A stretch of 64,000 nucleotides of DNA from Rhizaria sp. SCN 62-66 (Eukaryota): NCBI GenBank assembly GCA_001724265.1, contig MEDY01000033.1, positions 62,001 through 126,000 on the forward strand, read 5' to 3'. Numbering within the stretch: position 1 is the stretch's first letter; each line of letters starts with the position of its first letter. A program made the translations under genes and the position numbers. This document shows positions 33,501 through 43,971 of this stretch, in pieces. Under the pieces are notes generated by a model. It saw only the letters and a list, made by a program, of their open reading frames with translations, was not told the origin of the DNA and searched no databases.

Positions 33501-36500
33501 CAGTAGACGCAACAGCACTGTCAAGGCTAGCATTAATAGCTTCGATGTTATTACTCGTGTCGCTCTCAATAAGAACGTCATCGTGGTTGCTACTAACAGC
33601 ATCATCATGCGTGTCGTTGTTGCCGTCGTCGTCGTCATCATCGTCAGGCGCAAAACACTGTTCAGCAAGCGTCTCGCTAACTTGCGAACGGAACAGCTCG
33701 TGTGGTGACTGCAGCAAGTACGGCACCGGTGCGGGGAGATAGGGCGAAGGTGAGACCTCTAAGAACCTCGGGTGCCGGTCAAAGTGTTCCGAATTCCTAC
33801 TTGCCATCATGGATGAGCTCAGCGAAACTGTGACATCAGGATGAGCAAAGTCCGCATTAGGGTACGAGATGTTGTTACTACTGACATTGCTCATGTTGTG
33901 ATCGTAATGGGGGTTTTCGGGACCCGAAAGAGACAGGCAAACGCTCGTATTCGCAGGAACCGCATCAACAACAACAGCGTCCTTTGTGCTCAACGTGGCG
34001 TCTGCGGCACTGCTATGTGTGTTCGAACTACCCGTACCAGTATTTCTCCGAGGACTGGTGTTGCGGCTATTGTTACTCAGGTTCGCTCTTGTGATGGTGG
34101 CGAGAATCGTCATTGGTTCAACCGGGGCAGCAGCGGCGGCGGCGTCTGTCTCGGAGTTGCCTGCAGTCATCATAGCCCCGCTGTCGCTCACGCTTGCGCC
34201 GCTGTCACCGCCGCTGACGTAGGCAGCGCTCACACTCCTCGCGCTGGCGTTGCTGCCGCTACTGCTGTTGCTGTTGCTGCTGCCGTGGGTGTGATTGCTC
34301 GCGGAAGATGAACTGTCAGCAGCAACAATCGGAGTAAGCCCGCCCCCGCGGCAGTTTGCACCGGCAGTCAAGACGACGGCGGGTGCGGGTGCAGGGCCGG
34401 GAGACATCAGCGACTCCAGCTGCATCCGCCGCGACATCGGCTCCTGTTGGCCGCGGCTGCTGTCGCTGTGTTCGTCCAACGTTGTCAGCGACAATACAGG
34501 CGATTGCGGCGAGTGCGACTGCTGCTGTTGAAACACACGGACACGCACAGGTACACCATTGCTCCGCTGTTGCGTGTCTGGCAGAAACAATGTCTGGTCG
34601 TTGCCGTCACCGTCCGTGGTGTTCGTATTTGCATCAATGTTGGAGTGAAGCTGCGCGTAATACTGCGGCGGCGACATCGCGGTGCGGCGGCGCAAATTAA
34701 GCTGCATTTGCAGCTGCGGCGGCGAGTAGCCAATCTCTTCTTCGCTGTCAATACCGACGCCGGACCCCGCCGTGCCAGGACTGGAGCCGGCGGCGGAGCT
34801 GACAACGCGACCGCTGTGGAACGGACACGGGGCCGCGTTAGCGGCGTTCGCCCGCAGACGGCTGTTGTCGAAGTCGACCGCGGGGGACGCAAGGATAGTC
34901 ATGTTCGCGCCGTTTAAGCTCGTCAAAGTCACCTGGTCGCCGGGGCTGTGCTCATCCTGCTCCAAGATGTAGTGTTGGTCGTCACCGAGGCTCGCAGCCA
35001 CCGTCAGGCCGACGCCGTCCGCCTGTGTCTTAGCGCCCGCGTCCGCGTTGCCCCCCACAGCCGCGGTTCCGCTGTCACAGTGGCTGTGCGGGTGGTGCGT
35101 GTAGGCGAGCGAGCGCACCGTCATCGTCGATGACAGCGGGCCGATGGTAGTCGCGCAGTCGCCGTCGCTGCCGATGGCGCTGTCGGCGCTACTCCCGGCG
35201 TTTCCGGCGTTGTTGCCGTGGTTGATGAGAGCAAGGGTGCGGCGGCATGTGCACGGGCAAGTGCACTGCAGCCCCGCGTTGTTGCTGCCGCCACCGGCGT
35301 TGCTAGCGCTGCCGGAGTTGGCGGACGTGCGGAGCGCTGCAAAAGGCGGTGACAGAGAGAGCACCGACGCAGGCGGCGCAATGCTAATCAGCGTGCGGTC
35401 GGAGCCAACGGGGCTGCTGCCGAACATTGACGGCGCGGGGCTGAAGCCCACGGTCACGCCGCCCTGGTGCGCCGCGGCGTCGCTGGTCGTCGCCGCGGGA
35501 CCGGGGGCAGTAGCGGGCACAGTCAGGCTCCCGGCGTTCGGGCGCAGGATGCCGCTGTTGCTACCACTGGCATTCGCGGTGATGTTGTCCGCGTTAGAGC
35601 CGATGAGTGCGTTGCTGGTGGGAATCAGCACCTGCAAGCCGGCCGTAATGGGGTTTGCAGTCGTGCGCGTGCGCGTCATTGGCGTTACACGCGGGGTCGT
35701 AGTCGCTGCAGCCGCGTCGGTGAACGTTGACGGAGAAGCGCCGTTGTTGTTAGCGCCGCAAGTCGCCGTGTCAGTGTCAGCAACATTGGTATTGTTTGAC
35801 GCGGATTTGTTGGGACTCGCACTCGCGCTTGCACTAGAGCTCGCGCCCGTGCTGAACTCGCTGTCTGCGGAGCTGCAGTTGTTATGGCTGTGAGACACAA
35901 ACCCTATGTTGCTCATAAAACTGCTCCGGTTGCTCCGGCTCTGCGTTTGGCTGCCGTGGCTCTGCCGAGCGTACGCCGTGTTCGAATTGGTTGCGCCGGT
36001 ATTGTGATTACTATTGCCATTGGTTGTGGCCGTCGGGGGACGGTAACCGTGACGAGGGCAGCTTGGACTGTACAGAAGGACCACCGCCGTCGTCCCCGCA
36101 CCAGCGCCAGCTGGCGCGCCGGCACCAGCGGCGGCAGCAGCTCCGGCGGCGTTGACGTCCGTGACCCCGGTGTTTTCGGCCGTCAATCCGGGGCGGTTGA
36201 GCGCAGGCGGGGAGACGCCGACCACGGAGGCGGGTCCCGGGGTTGACGCCGGCGCATGCAGGCGGCCGTGCGCGGAGGAGTAGTAGTGCGCGGACTGGCT
36301 ATGGGAAAATGGGGACGGGAAGCGCGCGCCTGAGGACGACGAAGACGAGAGTAGCGATGAGGACGATGATGAGAACGACGGCATGCGCGTGTGGTGGGGC
36401 AGGATGAGGTCGTTGCGGTACGAAACGTCGTCGCTCATCGCGTTGTTCGTGTTTTTGATGTTGACACGGTCCTCCACACCGCCATTGTCGTCGTCGTGAT

Positions 36501-39500
36501 GACCGTTGTTGTTGTTGCTCGTGTCGGGGGAACCGACAACGACGGTCTCAGCCTGGGCAGCGGCGGTGTTGACATTCGTGGTAATCACGTTGCTGTTGTA
36601 CATCACGTTGGTCCTGCTCCCGCTGCCACCGCTGTTGTTCAAGTAAGAGTCCGCGGTGTAGCGCTTGCTCCGGTTCCTGGTCAGAGTCGCGGCCGCAGTC
36701 AGCGTCGTCTTGGTCAGCGCGCCGTTCGCGGCCTCAGCACACGCAGTAGGCAGCGCGCCGATCGGCGGCGAAACCGCAACAGCAGGAATGTTAGCGTCCG
36801 GAGTGAGGGGACCAGGGTTGACCTGAGTCGCGTTGTCCCCGGCACCAACATCGCTAGCAAACCCCTGTCTTGGCGTCGCGCCGGCGCTGCCGGCAAAGTC
36901 CCCGCTGGCATTGAGACTGTTGCCGTTGGCACCCGCACTGTAGCCCTCGTCCTCGTCGTCCTCGGCCTCGCCAGTCGACCCCGTGCGCATGTACGGCGGC
37001 TGCAGGCGGCGCGGCTTGCCGACGTTGGCGACACTGAAGCTGCCGAGCTGCTGCAGCAACGCGTGTCGGTCCACGCTCCGCTTGCTCGAGCTCTTCTTGC
37101 CGGCGCCGCTGCTCTTGCCGCTGCCGCTATTGTTGCTGTTATTATCGAAGAGGTCCTGGGGCGGCGAGCTGAGCACGCTATCGGCGACTGTGCTGAAGCT
37201 GTTGCGCGGACTGCCCCGGTAAGGGGGATGCGCCCTCGACGGCACGACGATGATCGCGCTGTGTCGTGGCCGCGCGCTCATCGTGGCACCACCGCCAACA
37301 GTAGCCGTCCCTACATTTGTGGGAGAGGTCGGCGTCGCAGCTGCGGCGGTGGCTGTTCTCGGCAAGCCAGACGCAGTCACCGGTGACGCCGCCACACCGG
37401 CCAAGCTCACGGTAACGCCCTTGTCCGTGCCCGCAAGTGCGCTGATAACGACGCCCGACGTTGCAGCAGGTGAGACCAATGCGGCCGCGTTCTTCGCGTT
37501 GGCAGCACCAGCCCCATTCTGATTAAGCGCGTCAGCGGCGTAGCTGGGGTTATAACTGTGGTTATGCGACAGCTGAGTATGCGCCTGCATCATCGCGTGG
37601 TTGTGGCTGTGGCCGCGGTGGCCGTGGGCGGCCACGGGGGCGGAGCCGCAGCTTGCGTCAGAGTCACTGCAGCAGTCGCTCTCGTCATCGTCGTCATCTT
37701 CGTTGTCGAGCGCTCTATCGTCAGAGCTATCGCTTTCGCTGCCGCGGCGATACGTGCCGGCAACGCCCATACCGGTGTCAGCACAGAGGTTGAAACCAGC
37801 GCAGGCGCTGGCGCGAACAAGACCCGCAAGGGCGGCGCCGGTGGCCCCAGTGCCATCAGTGCCAATGCGAACGCGGTTGCGGGTGGCGCGCGGGTTTGCG
37901 TGCTCGCCGTCGCTGGCCCCCACCGCACTGGCCACGCAGCTGTGCAGCCCTCGGGCGCTGTGACCGCAGTCGCTGTGCAGCACGATGTCCCGCGCGCTGT
38001 CGAGGCCGCTGATGTATCCGCTGGCAAACCCGCTGTGAGAGCCGCCCGTGACATCCGGCGTGATGCCCGGTGTGATTCCCGGTGTGGTGCCAGGCGTGAT
38101 GTCGCTGGCCAGACCGAGGCTGCTCTGCGGCGCGTCGTGGTCGTGCGACGGGCCCGCCGCGTGTCTGCTCGGCTGCGTGCTGTGGGCGCCGCCGACGCTG
38201 CTGGCGGCGAGCGGCGCGACGCTGGCGCTGCCGCACACGGCGTCCACGCTGGGAACGGCGCCGGTGGTGGTGCTGGCAACGGCCCCGGCGATTGCGACTA
38301 CGCCGGGTGCCGCGCCTGCGCCGGTGAGAGCGTTCGCGCCGGTACGGCCGTCGGTGCCGGAGACTGTGACGATGCCGGTGGTGTAGCTGGAGTTGGTGCT
38401 CGTGGCACTGCTAACCGCGGGCTGTGCGAAGGCGGTGGGGCGGTGGAGGATCGCGAGGGAGACTGGCCCTGTCATGCTCAGGCCGCAGTGGGCGTCGCCG
38501 CTGTCGGTCGCGTTGTTGTTGTTGTTGTTGTTGGGAGTATTGTTGATGTGAGGATTAGCAATGAGTGTGCTGTTGTTGTGAGGAGTAGGAGTTGTGTCAT
38601 TCACGTCATCGTCCTCGTAATGCGTATCGTCCTCGTAATGCGTCCCGATGCGCGGTGCGAACGCCGTAAAGTGGCCGTGGAACGCGCCGAAACTGCCGAT
38701 ATTGTTCATGTAGCTACCATTAAAGCTGCTACCGTTACTGTAGTTGACGCAGTCCTGGGCGTTCATGCTCGTGTTAGCGGTGCTACTAGCCAGGTACTTG
38801 TTGATCGAGCTCAGAGACAGTGTCGACGCCGACATCGACACAAACGACATCATGCCGGTGACATCCGACTTGGTGCTCAGGTCGGCGGGCGTGCTCAGGA
38901 GGCCCCGGCTGTCGTCGTAGTCGAAGCCGCGCGCGCCGCCGCTGTCGTGCGCAGCACTAGCGCACCCGCTCGTAACGGCGTTGGGACCTGAGCGCAACGG
39001 GGAGTGCGCGTGCACCGACTCCGTGTCCGTCACTGCGGGCCCCGCGGACGAGTTATCGCCGGCTGCACTGGCACGTGACGCCGCCCCTGCTGTCGTCGTC
39101 GAGAGAGTGGGCGCGGGCGCGTTCGTGGATGCTGCAGTTATAGTGCCGGTCGTCGCTGTTGATGCGAGAGAAACGGCACCGCCGGAGGAGTCAGCGGGAA
39201 GTGACGGAAAGAGCTCGGTGGCGCCCGCAGATGAAGCATCAGCGCTAATAGACCCGGCTCCAGCGATGGACTTTCTGGTGCTTGATACGGTGCTATGGGA
39301 GTTGTCAGAGGCGACCATTGCGGCAGACCTGAGGAGCAACGGCCCCACAGTAGAGTCAGCGGCGCCCAAACCTTCATCAACGCCTGATAAGGCGGAACCT
39401 TTGTAGCAAACAGTGGCATGTGATGCGGTCAACACTGTGGTAGCTGCGTCGCAAGGGACAGAAATGGCCTGAGCGAGACGGGATGAAAAGGGGGGCACGT

Positions 39501-39660
39501 GTTTTCCTTGCCCCGAGATATCTTCCTGTAACTCGACATCCCTGGTCGACACATGACCTTCAGTTTGCGCTAAGGGACGTCCAAATGTAGCTGAAGATAG
39601 GTGGTGTCTTTCATGCGGATCTTGGAGAGACGCCAGGTGATTAGCGGCCGGGACTGACAT
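27550..39660 (-). CDS. Giant class I 3',5'-cyclic-nucleotide phosphodiesterase (~4036 aa if two TAGs are sense); catalytic domain at the C-terminus
   Basis: PDEase motifs WDFDVF, PYHNSIHAADV, HDVGHPG, LENYH, ATDM, HAADVSNP, EWYLQGD and QKGFIDF in 27550..29450. ORFs 33253..39660, 29641..33204 and 27550..29634 are in one frame, interrupted only by single TAGs. Ends TAA. Confidence 0.8.
29641..29643 (-). other. In-frame TAG in the PDE gene (putative sense codon)
   Basis: Context AGT TCA TAG TCG GCA TTG GAT; the frame continues directly into the catalytic-domain ORF. Confidence 0.75.
33253..33255 (-). other. In-frame TAG in the PDE gene (putative sense codon)
   Basis: Context QAQAQVPS*PYEHVKTSHSRSSSFAM; 16 open codons link it to the ATG at 33204. 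Confidence 0.75.
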
Positions 39661-40505
39661 TGGGAGTGTCGCGATTGGAAAAGTCGATCTCCAAGGCCAA
39701 CAACTCGAATTCTAATGACAGCGCAACGGCAACCGTGTTTTTGGCGTTTACCTACAATGTAAACGATAAAGAACAAAAACACCAATAGGAAAAGTGATGA
39801 CTTCAACAATGTTGGCGCATTTGACGTGGTAATCTCTAGAAAACTATTCTGCTGAGGCGTCCTTAAGAGAGTCCAACTCTAACTGCTCTGTGAGTTGTGA
39901 TCCAATAGAAATCTGTGCACATCCGACAGAGTCGCGTGTTAACATATGCAAACGTATAACACTTACGCACTCTAATTATAAGACATAATATAATCATGCT
40001 GCGTCCAGCTTATCCTCGTTAACTTGATAGATTCACTCAACCTCGATCAACCACTCCTTCTTGGCCCCTCTCTCTGGCTCAACGCCCGAACCCAAGCCGC
40101 AAGCCGCTCAAAAAGTGACGGCTGGTTGGGCTAACTCATGAGAGCTCACGGTCCTTCGGGCTGTCTCAATGAGCGGCCCGGTGTCTTTGAGGGCAACGTG
40201 TGAGACGTAGCAACAGAAAGACAATATTTGGGTAATTGTTACGCCATGTATAACTTGTTTAGTATTTGATGCCAAATCATCTTTTCTATTGACGTTGGTC
40301 CGACCTCAAAGTGCATGATCTTCGGTCGCAGCTTCACTCAGCTGCTAACACCACCCAGCGGGATACCTCCCATCGCACGCACAGCCACAGCTCAACTTCT
40401 TTGACAACTGACATCGGTCTTAGGCTAAACTTCATGATCTTACCTAACGAATTATGACTTCTTCTTTCTATTTTCCCTTGTCCTCCCCCCTTCACAGACC
40501 CTCTG

Positions 40506-40916
40506 ATGCTGCGCCGTTCCCTCACCGCCGTCCGCGTCGCGAGCAAGGCCCTCCCCATGCCTGCCGCCATGTCGCTCCCTTCCGTCGTCGCCGTCCCCAA
40601 GCGTTTCGGCGGCCACGGCCACCACGACTCGCCCGCGTTCGAGAAGCTGTACAAGCAGATGGCGATCAAGGCTGCCGTGGACCCCATTCAGGAGGGCCAG
40701 CGCCCCGACGACGCCTACACTCCCGGCGACAACCTCGACCGCATGTCCGGCCCCCAGTCCCTGCTCTTCGGTCTCCGCCTCACCGGCTCCACGCTCCTCG
40801 CCTTTGCGGCTACGTTTGGTGCCACGCTGCTGTACACCGTGATTGAGGGCGAGCAGGCAGAGCTCCCGACGGCGCTCAAGGGCGCTGAGAAGCTCCCCGC
40901 CTCCCCCATCGCGTAA
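40506..40916 (+). CDS. Small mitochondrion-targeted single-TM protein (possibly a respiratory-chain accessory subunit)
   Basis: Arg-rich, acid-free presequence ending KRFGGHGHH, one hydrophobic helix, strong GC3 bias. Ends TAA. Confidence 0.7.
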   Translation: MLRRSLTAVRVASKALPMPAAMSLPSVVAVPKRFGGHGHHDSPAFEKLYKQMAIKAAVDPIQEGQRPDDAYTPGDNLDRMSGPQSLLFGLRLTGSTLLAFAATFGATLLYTVIEGEQAELPTALKGAEKLPASPIA

Positions 40917-42437
40917 GTGCGCCTGTCGGGATACGATCTCGCTAAACACATCACTCTGCGCGCCTCTGGTGATATGCGCCCCGGACGCGTCTTGTCAGCG
41001 TGCGTTTTGGTGTGGTTAGATATGCTACGTAGTTTGCAATAGTCACGGTAGTCTGTGATGAAAAACACAAAAACAACAATTACACAAGCTGTTGCTTTAA
41101 CTCTCTCCAGCATGTGCTGTTGGCTAAGAGTGTAGAGCGCAGCTCTAGTCCTATTTACAATGCAGCATCAACGCAGACGCACAAGTTAAGACACAACAGC
41201 ATCGAACGCTTGCTGTTTCTGACCTCGCATGTGCGATCTCTTTGTTGGTCACTGATTCTATATTCGCTTTATTTTTTTCGTTTTGAATCGACCGTGATTG
41301 CCCGCTCGCATTTATCTCGTCTCTGCCACAGTCTCGCGTTGCGCGATACCCCTCGCAATGCAGCTCAACGGCCACACTGTGCTCTATGTGACTGGAACAA
41401 ATGCGCTGATGACAGCGCGTGCGAGCAGCCGTCAAGTCTATTTTGGAGAGGATTGTGCGCGGGTCTCGTTTGCTCGCCGCGCTCTCATGTTTACATATAA
41501 TACATCTACTTTATATAAAATTATCACTCTGATATATCTTATATTTCGATCCTGTTTCGAATGGCTTCATATACAGTCGCCCTAATAGCTGTTTTAACTC
41601 GGCTTCGAGTCGCCAGTCGAGACTCCCTGTGCCCACGGTCCGATCGCGAGTGGCTTAGAGCTGATGGCCAGCCAGTGAGGCTGACCTCGAGCTATCATTC
41701 GAGATCGACGCTGTTCGACTCCCTTGTTTGCGCTGCAATTATAGTTGGTGAAACTACGAGTTGTTTTTGAAATGTGGGTAAAGTCAGCAGGAGATGGTGC
41801 TGTGGGTTTTCGCTCATACCAAGATTCGATCGACGATCGCGAGACACCTCGCTTGAACGGTTGCTTCAACTGGCCAGCACTTCCCACGCACCCTCAATCT
41901 CATGCCCATCCTAAAACACGCTAATGGCAGTCTATTCAATGCGTATAACGAGTGTTCCGCGCCTTTTCAGCTCCGTTACCCCCGAGTCAGGCCCCAGGGG
42001 CTGGGCACGAGGTCTCCAGTGTGTGGGTCGATCTCGACCGCGCCAACCCGCCTCTTCAGCCCCAGCACGCGCTCCTGACGCTGTCCAGCGCTCGGATCCG
42101 TCTGTAAGGACGTTTTAGGACATTGGCAATGCACTGCATGGGGCGGCATTACTGCTCAAATGTGTCGTTAGGCGTTGGGGACGATCGGGGTTTGATGTCT
42201 CGCGACCCACCACCAGTCGATAACGGCATCTTTCTTTGCCTTCATAGGCACCTTTACTGAACGATCATCCTAACTCCCTACTATTTCTAACATCGTCATA
42301 TCTCGTCATACGTATTGTTTTTCTTTTTTTGCTGCTTCACGTCTATTTGCCTCGCAAACTCCGGCCCCCTCCTCTTGCACGCGCCCGCCCTCGGCTTGGG
42401 TTCCCTCTGCGTTCCCACACCCTCGCCTCTCTCCAGC

Positions 42438-43971
42438 ATGAGTCACATTGCTACCGAGCAAGGCACTCTGCTTGCCGGGCCTTCCGCCCCTAGCACTGCC
42501 CCTGTCTCAAGCTCTAACAACAACACTGCTCCGACGTCCACAGCGAGCTCGAGCTCCGCCGCGCCCGCCGCCGCCTCCGGCTCAACCTCGACCGCCGCGC
42601 CGTCGATGGCCCCGTTCCCCCCGCTTCCGGGCATCCCCGCCTACCCGGGCCCCACGGCCGCGCCCAGCCAGGCCCCGATCAACCTCGACTACAGCCGCGA
42701 GAAGGTCATCAGCCAGCCGCTGCCGCTCACGTCCTTCGGCTACCTCACAGTTACCGCTGCCACCCACATCGGCCGCCGCAAGAACCAGGTACGTCTCCAG
42801 TCGACGCAACAAAGACTCCACACATTAAATCTACTTGAATTGTTTGCCTTTAACTTACTGCTTCATTATATCACAGATATAGTAACAAACCCACTCATCT
42901 ATGTCTCCATATCTCTTCTAATACCGACGTCTCTCGCAGGAGGACCGCTTCATCGTCGCCCCGACTCTGATGAACGGCGAACTCTCCTTCTTCGGCGTTT
43001 TCGACGGCACTGTCCAGGAGCACGCCAGCGAGTGGGTGCATCGCAACATCATCCGCGTGCTCTACTCGTGCCCCAGCTTCATCGCCTTCGCGCAGCTCAC
43101 CCCCGAGGAGCGCTCCGAGTCCAAGGCGCGCGCGCTGCTGGCCCACGCCATCAAGGAGTGTTACGCCAGCACTGACGAGCAGCTGCTCGAGTTTTGCCGC
43201 GTCAACGACTATCACTACACGTCGTGCACGTCGATCACCGTGCTGCTGCACCACCCCTCGCAGACGCTGTATGTCGCGCACCTGGCCGACTCGCACGCCG
43301 TCGTGGGCATCCCCGCCGACCACTCGGGCCGCCTCGTCGGCCAGCTCCTCACGCTGCCGCACCGCCCCGACGACCCCGCCGAGCTGGAGCGCATCCGCAA
43401 CGCCGGCGGCTGCCTTGTCTACCTGCACACCAACAAGCCCTTCATCCGCGGCGGCGACTTCCACGCGCGCAAGCTCGCCATGCAGCTCAACTACTCGCGT
43501 GCCTTCGGCGGCAAGGACCTCAAGATGTACGGCCTCTCGGCCGAGCCCGACGTGCGCGTCATCGAGGCCAAGCTGCCCTCCAATGGCAATAAGCTCACCG
43601 CGCCCTCGGCGCGCTCCGGCGAGGACGTGCGCGCCCTCATCCTCGGCTCCGACGGTCTCTGGGACGTCGTCTTCCCGTCGGATGCCGTCAAGGCTGCCAG
43701 CTACCTCATGGCCGTGCACTGCGGCCGCCACCAGGCCATGGCCGAGGCCGAGGCCGCCGACGCCAACGCGGGCGCCGCGGGCACCAACGCGGCCGCCGGC
43801 GCGGGCGTTGAGACCGTGCGCGCTCGCGACGCAGAGTTCGCGCAGGCGGCGGAGCAGTTCGGCGACAAGCCATTGCTGACGCCGTCCGAGTACCTTGTGC
43901 AGCTGGCGCTGGAGAACCACGCCATCAAGGGCTCCAACGACAACGTCACCTCCATTGTCGTCTTCTTCTAA
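42438..43971 (+). CDS. Protein phosphatase 2C (PPM family); join(42438..42788,42940..43971), ~460 aa
   Basis: GRRKNQ|EDRF across the intron; FFGVFDGT, HLADS, YSRAFGG, GSDGLWD and DNVT. Ends TAA. Confidence 0.95.

Noticed and set aside
12646-39660. Reading PIP5K, PIG-W and PDE as pseudogenes with nonsense mutations
   Set aside because: All five lesions are the same codon (TAG), there are no frameshifts or TAA/TGA lesions, and the catalytic motifs are intact.
41640-41770. A-box/B-box-like motifs (GTTCGACTCC at 41713) and small hairpins suggesting a tRNA or snRNA
   Set aside because: The T-stem does not pair, there is no 7-nt anticodon loop, and no convincing snRNA match. It is not the predicted CUA tRNA.
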